A stretch of DNA of 51,713 nucleotides from Clostridia bacterium (GTDB lineage Bacteria > Bacillota > Clostridia > Oscillospirales > CAG-272), in NCBI GenBank assembly GCA_017455975.1, contig JAFTLK010000395.1, forward strand, positions 1-51,713, in the 5' to 3' direction. Positions 27,822 to 40,360 of this stretch are shown here, in pieces (position 1 is the first letter of the stretch; each line of letters begins with the position of its first letter). The notes under the pieces are model-generated. The model did no database searches. It was not told where the DNA came from and was given only the letters and a program-made list of their open reading frames with translations. A program made the translations under genes and the position numbers.

Positions 27822-29101
27822 CATACACCGATAAATCACAAAATGCCGACGCACATACACCGTCGGCATTTGCCATACCCGCTTATATTCGGGAGATCCT
27901 TGACCGTTTCGACCGTGCCGGTTATGAAGCATGGTGCGTCGGCGGCTGTGTCAGGGACGCTCTGCGCGGCACATCCCCTCATGATTGGGATTTGTGCACC
28001 AACGCGCTCCCGGAGCAAACGCTCGCATTATTTTCAGACAAACCTTGTCTGACCGTCGGCATCAGGCACGGGACAGTGACGGTCATGTGGGAAAAACAGC
28101 CCGTCGAGATCACGACCTACCGCTGCGAGGGTGCATATATCGGGCACCGCACACCGTCGTCGGTGACCTTCACACCGTCCCTGCGCGAGGATTGCCTCCG
28201 CCGTGATTTCACGGTCAACGCGATGGCCTACCATCCGTCCCGCGGACTTTCAGACTTCTTCGGAGGGGCGGACGACCTGCGGGCGCGGCTGCTCCGCTGT
28301 GTCGGAGATGCACGCGAACGCTTCGACGAGGATGCACTGCGGATGATGCGCGCACTGCGGTTTTCATCAGTGCTTGATTTCGACATTGAGCCAGAAACCG
28401 CCGCCGCCATCCATGCATATGCCCCGCTTCTGAATGAAATTTCCGGTGAGCGCATCAGCTCGGAATTCCGCCGCATGCTCACAGGCGTCCGTGCTGCACA
28501 GCTGCTGTGTACATATGCGGATGTCATCGCCGTCTTTTACCCGCCGCTCGCCGGCTGTTCGGGGCAGCTGCGGGTACTGAATGATGCGTTTGCCATCTGC
28601 CATACGGCAGAGACCCGCCTTGCAGCCGCATTCCGGCTCTGCGGATGCACAAATGCGGATGATGTCCGGATGATCCTGCACTTTCTGCCGCTCGATCGCG
28701 CGTTTTCCGATGCCGTAACAGCTCTTGTACGCGATGCCGCCCTCCCGCCGCCCGTGACACGCACGGACATGCGCCATGCGCTGTCCCGCACCGCATACGG
28801 GTATCTGCCGGAACAGCTGCAGCTCCATGCGGCGCTGTTCCCCGATGACAGAGACGCCTGTGATGCGTCACTAACGCTGTACCGTGCCGTCACAGAATCG
28901 GGCGATACAGTAAAGCTTTCTCAGCTTGCCGTCAACGGGCGTGATCTTGCCGCATGCGGCTTCCACGGTCCTGCCATCGGTAAGACACTGCATCAGCTCT
29001 TATGCGCGGTCATGGATGACCGTGTCGCCAACACAGCCGATGCGCTCCTGACTTACGCAAAAACACTCTCGACGCAGCGCTCGGACGACAGCGGCGAATA
29101 A
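27818..29101 (+). CDS. cca: CCA tRNA nucleotidyltransferase
   Basis: VGGCVRD, DWD, EDCLRRDFTVNAM and EDALRMMRALRF motifs, C-terminal LAVNGRDL. ATGA overlap with the upstream gene. Confidence 0.92.
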   Translation: MTYTDKSQNADAHTPSAFAIPAYIREILDRFDRAGYEAWCVGGCVRDALRGTSPHDWDLCTNALPEQTLALFSDKPCLTVGIRHGTVTVMWEKQPVEITTYRCEGAYIGHRTPSSVTFTPSLREDCLRRDFTVNAMAYHPSRGLSDFFGGADDLRARLLRCVGDARERFDEDALRMMRALRFSSVLDFDIEPETAAAIHAYAPLLNEISGERISSEFRRMLTGVRAAQLLCTYADVIAVFYPPLAGCSGQLRVLNDAFAICHTAETRLAAAFRLCGCTNADDVRMILHFLPLDRAFSDAVTALVRDAALPPPVTRTDMRHALSRTAYGYLPEQLQLHAALFPDDRDACDASLTLYRAVTESGDTVKLSQLAVNGRDLAACGFHGPAIGKTLHQLLCAVMDDRVANTADALLTYAKTLSTQRSDDSGE

Positions 29102-30024
29102 CGCCAGCGTTCCAGATGCGCAGTCATGCATCCTGCCCCGATTTCTGGGAGATAATATGTCAGCGGCGTCATGCTGCCGGTACCGCGATAGGTGTCGATG
29201 ATCGCAAGCTTCACCTTCATGCGGGACGGAATCATGCTTTTAATATAAACCGCGGCGTGCTGTCCGATCTGCAGATTCTCCTTGTATTCGGCAAGCCCGG
29301 CAAGGTTCGGTGTAAGCTCAACAAACACACCGTAGGACTCGATGCTGCGCACAATACCCGTCACCGTCTGACCCGGAGTAAAAGCGCAAGCGTTTTCTTC
29401 CCAGGTTCCAAGCAGTTCTTTATGCGTCACACAGATGCGTCCGCCGGGCGCAATGCTGCGGATCACCACCCAGATCGGCATACCGAGGCTGAACCGTTCC
29501 GACGGATGGGAGATCCGCGACACGGAAATGCTGTCGATGGACAGCATCGACACAACGCCGCAGCCGACATCGACAAACGCACCGAACGGCTCCATATGCG
29601 TGACCTTTGCGCGGATCACATCCCCGGAAACCAGACGGTCAAGAAACGCTTCCCGACACAACCGCTGTGCTTCCCTGCGTGACAGCACCGCGACCTCCTC
29701 GCCGTTCTCTGTCCGCGCAAAACCGCAGACAACAAACGAGACGGATTTTCCGACACGCGTAATCACCGCAATGTCACGCACCGCCTCCCCGTCCGCACAC
29801 AGCTGCACCTCCTCACGCACCATCCGGCCTCGCATACATCCGAGCGCGACCCACAGCGTTCCGGCGCTGTCACACAACAGCGCCGTTCCTTCCAGCACCC
29901 GGCCGCATTGCATGGCCTGCTCCAATTCGGTGCGTGTATACCCCTGTGCACCTGATCGCTCAGGCTCCATTCCCTCCGGCCAGAACCCGGGATCGTACCC
30001 GGTTCCTGCGGTGTCATATATCAT
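29053..30024 (-). CDS. S1 RNA-binding domain protein (about 3 S1 repeats)
   Basis: S1 motifs AKVTHMEPFGAFVDVG and GIVRSIESYGVFVEL. Start at ATG 30024 after GAGAGGG. Confidence 0.85.
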   Translation of the reverse strand: MIYDTAGTGYDPGFWPEGMEPERSGAQGYTRTELEQAMQCGRVLEGTALLCDSAGTLWVALGCMRGRMVREEVQLCADGEAVRDIAVITRVGKSVSFVVCGFARTENGEEVAVLSRREAQRLCREAFLDRLVSGDVIRAKVTHMEPFGAFVDVGCGVVSMLSIDSISVSRISHPSERFSLGMPIWVVIRSIAPGGRICVTHKELLGTWEENACAFTPGQTVTGIVRSIESYGVFVELTPNLAGLAEYKENLQIGQHAAVYIKSMIPSRMKVKLAIIDTYRGTGSMTPLTYYLPEIGAGCMTAHLERWRYSPLSSERCVESVFA

Positions 30025-30057
30025 CGGCTGCCACCCTCTCCTTTTCTGCTTTGCTGT

Positions 30058-30091
30058 ATTGTATGGATGCCGGATGCTGTTTAGAACCCGG
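30058..30091 (-). promoter_or_regulatory. Putative sigma-E promoter of the S1-domain gene
   Basis: Minus strand CCGGGTTCTAA-15 nt-CATACAAT. The -10 matches the sigma-E consensus. Confidence 0.6.
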
Positions 30092-30169
30092 AGCAACGAA
30101 GTGACCCGAATATCCCGGTTTTCATGCTGCCCCGCAGCCCGAATGTGTGCTTTTCTCGTACCGACCCAC

Positions 30170-30198
30170 TTTACAAATCAAGGCATTTGTGATATAAT
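30170..30198 (+). promoter_or_regulatory. Sigma-A promoter for cyclophilin
   Basis: TTTACA-17 nt-TATAAT with extended -10 TG. Confidence 0.7.
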
Positions 30199-30258
30199 AT
30201 TATCCAAAAGGACAATTCCTGTCCGCATTAAAATTCTGAATCTGAAAGGAACAAACCA

Positions 30259-30909
30259 ATGAAACGCAATTCTTTTACCAAACTGCTTGCACTTGCACTG
30301 TGCGCGATTCTGTCGATGCTCTGCTTCGCTTCCTGCGGAGGCAATCCGGCGGAGGGCCTCGGTGATATCGTTTATGTCGAGCTCGACATGGAAAACGGCG
30401 ACTTCATCAAGCTGGAACTGTATCCCAACATCGCACCGATCACCGTTGCAAACTTTGTCGAGCTGTGTAATGAACACTTCTACGACGGGCTGATCTTCCA
30501 CCGTGTCATCTCCGGCTTTATGATCCAGGGCGGTGACCCCGAGGGTACCGGCATGGGCGGCTCTGATGAGACCATCAAGGGCGAATTCCTGAACAATGGC
30601 GTGCAGAACTCCATCTCTCATGTCCGCGGTGTCATTTCCATGGCAAGAAACTCCATCAGCATGGACTCCGCATCGTCCCAGTTCTTTATCATGCATCAGG
30701 ACTATACCGGACTTGACGGTGACTATGCCGCATTCGGACGTGTTATCGAAGGTATCGAAACCGTTGACAAAATCGCCGCAGTCGCAACCGACGGCAACGA
30801 TAAGCCCCTCGCTCCGCAGTATATCAAGACCATCCGCGTCATCACCGAGGAGCAGGCAAAGACCGCAGGTCCCGCACCGCTGGATGCGGCAGAAACAACT
30901 GCAGAATAA
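30259..30909 (+). CDS. Cyclophilin-type peptidyl-prolyl isomerase, lipoprotein
   Basis: Lipobox FASC, FHRVISGFMIQGGDP, SMAR and SSQFFI motifs. Confidence 0.94.
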   Translation: MKRNSFTKLLALALCAILSMLCFASCGGNPAEGLGDIVYVELDMENGDFIKLELYPNIAPITVANFVELCNEHFYDGLIFHRVISGFMIQGGDPEGTGMGGSDETIKGEFLNNGVQNSISHVRGVISMARNSISMDSASSQFFIMHQDYTGLDGDYAAFGRVIEGIETVDKIAAVATDGNDKPLAPQYIKTIRVITEEQAKTAGPAPLDAAETTAE

Positions 30910-30922
30910 TATCAGAAATTCC

Positions 30923-30958
30923 AAACCGGAGCAGTGTACGCGCTGTTCCGGTTTTTTT
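30923..30958 (+). terminator. Intrinsic terminator after cyclophilin
   Basis: AAACCGGAGCAG...CTGTTCCGGTTT followed by a T-run. Confidence 0.7.
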
Positions 30959-30962
30959 GCGC

Positions 30963-31000
30963 AAAAATACCGCCCGACATGACATCGGACGGTATTCTTT
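30963..31000 (-). terminator. Intrinsic terminator after the GH2 gene
   Basis: Minus strand AATACCGTCCGA-7 nt-TCGGGCGGTATT followed by TTT. Confidence 0.65.
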
Positions 31001-31018
31001 GTATATTGAATTTCAGAA

Positions 31019-34120
<3,102 letters not shown>

Positions 34121-34197
34121 TCATTTTGATTCTGATATGAAACAGGCTGCCGCATTTCGGGGGAAACCGCAGCAGCCTGTAGCGTTACATTTCGGGA

Positions 34198-34923
34198 TCA
34201 GACAAGATTCTTGCGGTAGTCGCAGTTGTGCATCGGGGAACCGAAATCGTTCGGCGCTGCCCACTTGACACCGTTGTACAGGATCTTCTGGACATATTCA
34301 TTGTAGAAGGAACGGCATGCTTCGTGACCGGGCTGGAAGTAGAAGACCTTGCCGCGTCCGCGGTGGTAGGTACAGCCGGAACGGAAGACATAACCGTGTT
34401 CAAACCAGGAGATAAAGAGAAGCTCATCGGGCTGGGGAATCATGAAGGGTTCACCGTACATTTCTTCAATGCCCAGATCGACATGCTCGGGAATGCCTGC
34501 GGTGATCGGGTGAGACGGAAGCACATTCCACATGATCTCATGCTGATCGTCGCTCCAGAGCAGCTTGCCGGAGGTACCGACGATTTCACGGAACGGCTTG
34601 GACATATGCGCGGAGTGCATTGCAACAAAGCCCATACCGTCGTCGTAAACGCGCTTCTTGATTCTCTGTACCAGCGCATCATCGACATCGCCGTGTGCCA
34701 TATGACCCCACCACATGAGGACATCCGTATTGTTCAGAACATCGTCCGGCAGACCCTGATCAGGATCGTCCAGTGCCGCAATGCGCACCTCCAGATCGTC
34801 GTGCTGATCGAGGAAGTCCTTGACGCAGCCGTGAATGCCCTTGGGGTAGATCGCACGGATGGATTCCTCGGATTTTTCATGTCTGTATTCGTTCCAGACC
34901 GTAACGCGGATCTTGTTTGCCAT
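34198..34923 (-). CDS. ThuA-domain protein (trehalose utilisation family)
   Basis: VTVWNEYRHE, WWGHMAH, HSAHMSK, EEMYGEPF and FYFQPGHE motifs. Confidence 0.9.
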   Translation of the reverse strand: MANKIRVTVWNEYRHEKSEESIRAIYPKGIHGCVKDFLDQHDDLEVRIAALDDPDQGLPDDVLNNTDVLMWWGHMAHGDVDDALVQRIKKRVYDDGMGFVAMHSAHMSKPFREIVGTSGKLLWSDDQHEIMWNVLPSHPITAGIPEHVDLGIEEMYGEPFMIPQPDELLFISWFEHGYVFRSGCTYHRGRGKVFYFQPGHEACRSFYNEYVQKILYNGVKWAAPNDFGSPMHNCDYRKNLV

Positions 34924-34972
34924 AATTGTTTACCAATCCTTTCAAGATAATGCATAATTTGCTGATACTTAT

Positions 34973-35001
34973 ATTATGTCATATTCCGGGAACAAAGTCA
35001 A
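34973..35001 (-). promoter_or_regulatory. Sigma-A promoter for thuA
   Basis: Minus strand TTGACT-17 nt-CATAAT with extended -10 TG. Confidence 0.6.
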
Positions 35002-35043
35002 GGGATTTTCTCAAAAAATTCCTTTTTTTCGTACATAGGACAC

Positions 35044-38000
35044 TTATGCTTTGATTTTGTAATATGCCATTGCCGCCTCAAAGATCCGCAGTTCCTTTGC
35101 ACCCGGTACATTGATGCACAGCGAATCGTCCACGCGGTCCGGATGCGTCATACGGCCCATCACGCGGCCATCGCGTGAGTAAATGCTCTCCACGGCGTAA
35201 TCGGAGCCGAACGGATTCCATGCAGGATCCATGGACGGATTGTTGTCGGCATCGACATACTGCCCGCCGATCTGTCCGCGAGCGCCGAGCTCCAGCACCA
35301 GCTCACCGGGAATCAGACAGCGTCCTGCCTTGGATGCTACCGGCAGCGTATACAGGTCTCCCGATTCGCAGAAGCGCATCCACGGGGAGGCAGCGGACAT
35401 CATCCGCACGCGCACGGGTTTGGATACAAGATGCCCGCACGGATTTTCCGCAAGTGTCAGACGGTCTGCATCCACAGTGACATCGTCACGCAGAAGCGGC
35501 GATGCCAGCAGCATGCGGAAGCCCTCGCCCAGCCCAAGCGTCAGCGTTTCATTGCGGGATCGGAACCGGCACAGCGCCTCATACAACCGCGGACGTGCAA
35601 ATACCGCACTGGCAAACCGCGCTGCAGGGTCAGTGACAGCCGCCGGAATACTGCCGTAGTCGGGATAACTGCCGCCGGGGAATGCAAGCACCTGTACCTC
35701 GTCAAGAAGCGCGGCAAACTGTTCTGCCGCCTCTGTGCAGGCGCGCTGTGTCCGACAGGAGAACAGCATACGGATCGGCTCAAAGCCGGCTTTGGCAAAC
35801 CGGGCAGCGAGCACATCCTCACCTGTGATATACGGAAGCACGGGAAGCAGTACACGGGGCTTTGGAATACTGACATGCGGACGCTCCACGGAATGTGCGG
35901 CATGCGGAAACGCTGGTACTATGGCTGCCGCAGGCTCGGACGACTTTTCTATGCCGTACAGCTTTTCCTCCGGCTTCTGCCAGACGGCCGCAAGCACGGA
36001 CAGCGGAATGCTCGCACCGCCGATCAGAATATTGGCAGTATCCTTGGTATATCCAAGCAGAACGCCGCGCATCTCCCGATCACTCTCGACAAGGAATGCA
36101 CCCGGCTTGTCCTCAAACAGCATCTTGCCAGGTATAACCGCTTCATAATTGAAGCCGAGATGATTGCCAAAGCACATGATTGCGACAGTCGCCGCAACAC
36201 CGCCGGACCCGATCGGACAGCAGGAAAGCACCGCGCCGTCTTCCTGCAGCATCTGTAAATACCGCAGAAGTCCGCGCTCGTCCTCGACATCCGGCAAATG
36301 ACTTTCGGTATAATTCGGTGTCAGAAGATAAACGCGCGATCCGGCTTTTTTGAAATCCGGTGTGATCAGCTGCTCCTGCTCGCGGACAGCCGCACCGAAA
36401 GCGATCACTGTCGGCGGAACATCACCTATTTCGGAGGTTCCGTTCATCGAATCCTTACCGCCGATGGCCGCGGCCGCATAGTCCATCTGTGCCCGGAATG
36501 CACCGAGCATTGCCGCCATCGGAACGCCGAAGCGGTCGGGATCATCCCCAACGCTCGGGAAGTATTCCTGCAGGGAGAGTACAATCTCCTTTGCCGGAAT
36601 TCCTGCTGCGGCAAACCGGCAGATGACCGACAACACCGACAGATACGCGCCGTGATAGGGGCTCCGGACAGCATAACGCGGCAGATATCCGGAACAGAAT
36701 ACAGCGCATGTATGTGTCTCCCCCATTCCCATACTGACGGACGGGAAACGGTATGCCATATATCCGGTCGGCGTCAGCATGGTCTTTCCGCACATCGGAA
36801 GCATGACGGTTCTGCCTCCCGCGGTATGGTCAAAGCGCTCGGACAGCCGCTTCTGGGATGCGACCTCCGGATGCATCATCACACGCAGATAGCGTTCCGT
36901 CAGATCTTCTCCCGTCAGATGATCCGGAATGGTACGGTACATGTTTTCTGTATCGGATGCGGGAATGTGCACCTGTACGCGCCGTTCCGCGCCGGCAGCA
37001 TCGAGAAAATCCCGGGACAGCGAAAGCACACTGTGCCCCCACCAGCAAAGCCGGACACGGCGTTCCGCCGTAATGGTACCGACAAGCGTCGCTTCGAGAT
37101 CCTCCTGTGCCGCAATCCGGCTGACCTCCGCCTGTTTTGTCGACGGGATAACAAACAGCATCCGCGCCTGGGTTTCGGAAAAAGCAATTTCATACGGGCC
37201 CATGACACTGCCGACACGGATCCGGTCGGAGACCGAGGTTGGAACACGGTCAAGATCTATGCGAACACCGTCGGCAATTTCAGCCGCGGCTACCGCAAGA
37301 CCGCCCGCGGAAATATCCTCCGCGCGCTTGACGATCTGCATCAGATCGCGTCTGCGCATCAGCCGTACCAGCGCACGCGCCGCCTGCGGATCGCCGATCT
37401 GGGAGGTATATGTCTGCCGTTCACCGCGGCGTGACGACATCGCAGGATCAGCGCGTCCGGCGGAAGCAGACAGACCGCCGCCGAGACCGTCTCGCCCCGT
37501 TTTTGCACCGACAAGCAGGATAACATCGCCCGGCAGCGGTTTTGCCGAAAGATATCCCTCCTCCGGTGCTGCTGCTGCCGAGAAGCAGACCTCCATATGC
37601 TTTGCCGCAAAGTACGGATGTATATATTCCTGCACATGACCGGTCGGAATACCGCTCTGTGCGCCGAACGCTGCAAAGCCGTCCGCCGATTCCGTACTGC
37701 GCCGCAGCGATGCGGCATATCTGTCGCGTGCATCGGTATCACCGCCGCGCAGCTCTGCCGCCGTCGGCGTTCCGACACCGGACAAGCGCATTGCCGCGAA
37801 GACCTCAGCTCTTGCGGACAGCGGATCGGCAATGGTCCCGCCGAAGCTTGAAAAAGCACCGAAGTACGGATCTTTTTCTGTCGAATAGTTGTGTGTTTCG
37901 TTTTTGAAATGCAGAAGCCACGGCACCGCCTGCTGCTCCGTCTTCTGTTTCGGATCATACGGATAGACATTGGCACGGACGGTAAAGGCATTGCGTTCGC

Positions 38001-38913
38001 CCGTCTGTGCGATGCGCGGCAGCATGCCCTCACGGGTCATATACTTTTCCGCAACGGTCGCTATGTCCATCAGAGTAATGTTCTTTGGCCGCGTGCCGTA
38101 CAGCGATTCCCTGATGTCGAGATACTGTTCAAAGGTCTGCGCAATCTCCGCATCGTCAATGGACAATGCCTGTACTGCAGTCAGAAACGAAATGTGTCTG
38201 CAATGGTCCGACCAGTATGTGTCGATCATCCGCAGTTCAAACCGTCCGGGATCGCGCTTTTCCTCCACGCGGAAATAGCTCTGGATGAAGCGCAGATCGT
38301 CGGAGGACATGCGGAAGTTCTCTTCAACGGCGAACATCGTCAGCGCTTCCTCATCCATATTCCGGAAATCGCGGATCGGCATCCAATCCTCTTCCGTTTC
38401 GCGGGAGAGCGGCGGCAGTGTTCCGGTCGTAAACAGCGGAAGCTCGGTGTTGCTGGCCGGATTGATGAGCAGACGCTTCAGCCGCGCGCGGTCGCGTACA
38501 TCGGTAATGCCGCTGACAAGAAAGACATCCGTCTGACGGAAATATAATCGTTCCTCCGTCAGTGCGTCATCTTCCGCTCCGTCATCCGTCAGCATCATAC
38601 GCAGCGCGCGTTCCGTCAGCTGCTCTGCCGGACGGCGGAACAGCGGAATGACACAGAAGCACGCAGTATCGTCCCGCTGTGCCTGTGCACGCACGCTTTC
38701 CTCATCAACTGCGCGTTCTGTCGCAGGATCAAGATAAAATGTACCGTTCAGAATCGCCTGCGGCAGCTCCCCCGGTGTATCGACGATCAGACAGCGCAGG
38801 ATGCGGACATCGGTTACGGTATGCATGCCATAATGCTCTGTCAGATGCAGAAATAACCGCTGCGCGGCATATGCATATTCACTTTTCTTTTCTACATAAA
38901 TGCGATATCGCAT
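35044..38913 (-). CDS. purL: Large-type phosphoribosylformylglycinamidine synthase homolog with altered catalytic sites
   Basis: DTYWSDHCRH, FKNETH, TGRDG, LQEYF and GGKDSM motifs, plus a C-terminal class I GATase fold. Intact 1289-aa ORF. Several canonical catalytic residues are substituted (see findings). Confidence 0.85.
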   Translation of the reverse strand: MRYRIYVEKKSEYAYAAQRLFLHLTEHYGMHTVTDVRILRCLIVDTPGELPQAILNGTFYLDPATERAVDEESVRAQAQRDDTACFCVIPLFRRPAEQLTERALRMMLTDDGAEDDALTEERLYFRQTDVFLVSGITDVRDRARLKRLLINPASNTELPLFTTGTLPPLSRETEEDWMPIRDFRNMDEEALTMFAVEENFRMSSDDLRFIQSYFRVEEKRDPGRFELRMIDTYWSDHCRHISFLTAVQALSIDDAEIAQTFEQYLDIRESLYGTRPKNITLMDIATVAEKYMTREGMLPRIAQTGERNAFTVRANVYPYDPKQKTEQQAVPWLLHFKNETHNYSTEKDPYFGAFSSFGGTIADPLSARAEVFAAMRLSGVGTPTAAELRGGDTDARDRYAASLRRSTESADGFAAFGAQSGIPTGHVQEYIHPYFAAKHMEVCFSAAAAPEEGYLSAKPLPGDVILLVGAKTGRDGLGGGLSASAGRADPAMSSRRGERQTYTSQIGDPQAARALVRLMRRRDLMQIVKRAEDISAGGLAVAAAEIADGVRIDLDRVPTSVSDRIRVGSVMGPYEIAFSETQARMLFVIPSTKQAEVSRIAAQEDLEATLVGTITAERRVRLCWWGHSVLSLSRDFLDAAGAERRVQVHIPASDTENMYRTIPDHLTGEDLTERYLRVMMHPEVASQKRLSERFDHTAGGRTVMLPMCGKTMLTPTGYMAYRFPSVSMGMGETHTCAVFCSGYLPRYAVRSPYHGAYLSVLSVICRFAAAGIPAKEIVLSLQEYFPSVGDDPDRFGVPMAAMLGAFRAQMDYAAAAIGGKDSMNGTSEIGDVPPTVIAFGAAVREQEQLITPDFKKAGSRVYLLTPNYTESHLPDVEDERGLLRYLQMLQEDGAVLSCCPIGSGGVAATVAIMCFGNHLGFNYEAVIPGKMLFEDKPGAFLVESDREMRGVLLGYTKDTANILIGGASIPLSVLAAVWQKPEEKLYGIEKSSEPAAAIVPAFPHAAHSVERPHVSIPKPRVLLPVLPYITGEDVLAARFAKAGFEPIRMLFSCRTQRACTEAAEQFAALLDEVQVLAFPGGSYPDYGSIPAAVTDPAARFASAVFARPRLYEALCRFRSRNETLTLGLGEGFRMLLASPLLRDDVTVDADRLTLAENPCGHLVSKPVRVRMMSAASPWMRFCESGDLYTLPVASKAGRCLIPGELVLELGARGQIGGQYVDADNNPSMDPAWNPFGSDYAVESIYSRDGRVMGRMTHPDRVDDSLCINVPGAKELRIFEAAMAYYKIKA

Positions 38914-38973
38914 CCGTGCGCCGCCTTTCCGGGTTGTGATTGTTGATCATTATGAATATTTCAGTTTCTTTGT

Positions 38974-40356
38974 TCAAATGAAACGCCCGATGAGTGCCAA
39001 TCCCTCTGCACCGATGATTTCGACCGGGGTAATCTCACCTGTCGGCGGCGTATCGGAGGAAACACGGACTTCAAAGAAGGTGTCGGTGTGTCCTGTAATG
39101 ATGCCGTCCCGATACGTTTCGCCAAGGAATAGAACCGGTTTACGGTTTTTGATAAGTGCTTCTGCCTGCGCCTGATAAAGTGCGGTTTCGATTTCCCGCT
39201 GTAGCGCGATCAGAGCATTGGCGCGGCGGTTTTTCTCGGCATTCTGCAGCTGCCCCGGCATCTTGTCGGCGGGTGTATTTTTTCTTCGGGAGTAGGGGAA
39301 AACGTGTATGTGCAGCAGCTGTGCTTCTTCTGCGAATGCCATTGTCTCAGCAAAATCTTCCTCTGTCTCTCCCGGGAAACCCGTCATAATATCGGTGGTG
39401 AACCGGACATCCGGAATTTTAGCTCGGATATCGGCTATGATGGCACGCACCTGGTTCATGTTGTATTTGCGCTTCATCCTGTGCAGAACGGCATCCGCGC
39501 CGCTTTGCAGAGAGAGGTGGAAATGATGGGCAAGAACCTTGAGTGCGGCCATACGCGATACAATATCCGGCTTCATATATGTCGGCTCCAGCGAACCGAG
39601 ACGGATACGAATCGGAAGCGCACCGAACGTGCGGTCAACATCTTCCAGAAGGTCGATCAGCCGATAGGAAGACAGTTCTGTGTCGCCGCTCCGCTTCCAA
39701 TCCACACCGTAAGATGCGGTTTCGATGCCGGTCAGAACGATCTCACGGTAACCGTTGGCGATCAGGTCACGCATTTCCGCAAGAACCACATCCGGACGCT
39801 TGGAAACGACCTGCCCGCGTGCATTGGGAATGGCACAGTAGGTACAGCGGTTCTCGCATCCATCCTCGATCTTGATGTACGCCCGCGTGCGTTCCAGTCC
39901 TGTGTGCTGCAGCGACATTGCCTCCATGCCAAGAGCGTCGATGTCCGGTACGTTTTGCTGTGTCTGCGGCAAGCATCTCTGCTCGATAAACGCAGCAGCA
40001 ACATCAACACAGGAGAGCTTATTACGGGAGCCGCAGACATAGATGACACCCTCGATGCCCGCAGTGCGTTCCGGCTGTGTCTGTGCCATGCATCCGGTCA
40101 CGAGTACCGCCGGACGATGTGCAGGATCCTGTCCGCGTGCCGCCGCACGGCGGATCATCTGGCACGCCTTACGGTCGGATTCCGCCGTTACCGTGCAGGT
40201 ATTGATGATATACACATCAGCATCCTCGTCAAACGGCACAATCTGAAAACCGCGTGCTGTCAGACCTTCCGCGATGGCTTCACTTTCATATTGATTGACT
40301 TTGCAGCCGAGCGTCATGATCGCAGCTTTCGGCTGTATTTTTCTGTGTTCGTTCAT
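38974..40356 (-). CDS. mtaB: tRNA t6A37 methylthiotransferase
   Basis: TLGCKVNQYESE, INTCTVT, CENRCTYC radical-SAM motif, SLEP, HLSLQSG and a TRAM-like C-terminus. Confidence 0.93.
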   Translation of the reverse strand: MNEHRKIQPKAAIMTLGCKVNQYESEAIAEGLTARGFQIVPFDEDADVYIINTCTVTAESDRKACQMIRRAAARGQDPAHRPAVLVTGCMAQTQPERTAGIEGVIYVCGSRNKLSCVDVAAAFIEQRCLPQTQQNVPDIDALGMEAMSLQHTGLERTRAYIKIEDGCENRCTYCAIPNARGQVVSKRPDVVLAEMRDLIANGYREIVLTGIETASYGVDWKRSGDTELSSYRLIDLLEDVDRTFGALPIRIRLGSLEPTYMKPDIVSRMAALKVLAHHFHLSLQSGADAVLHRMKRKYNMNQVRAIIADIRAKIPDVRFTTDIMTGFPGETEEDFAETMAFAEEAQLLHIHVFPYSRRKNTPADKMPGQLQNAEKNRRANALIALQREIETALYQAQAEALIKNRKPVLFLGETYRDGIITGHTDTFFEVRVSSDTPPTGEITPVEIIGAEGLALIGRFI

Positions 40357-40360
40357 GTAT

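Noticed and set aside
27818-29101. Possible split CC-adding-only nucleotidyltransferase
   Set aside because: The flexible loop (EGAYIGHRTPSSV) that CC-adding enzymes lack is present. A full CCA-adding versus A-adding distinction cannot be made by eye.
38914-38973. Purine riboswitch or PurR box upstream of purL
   Set aside because: The intergenic gap is only 60 nt and shows no recognisable aptamer core or operator.
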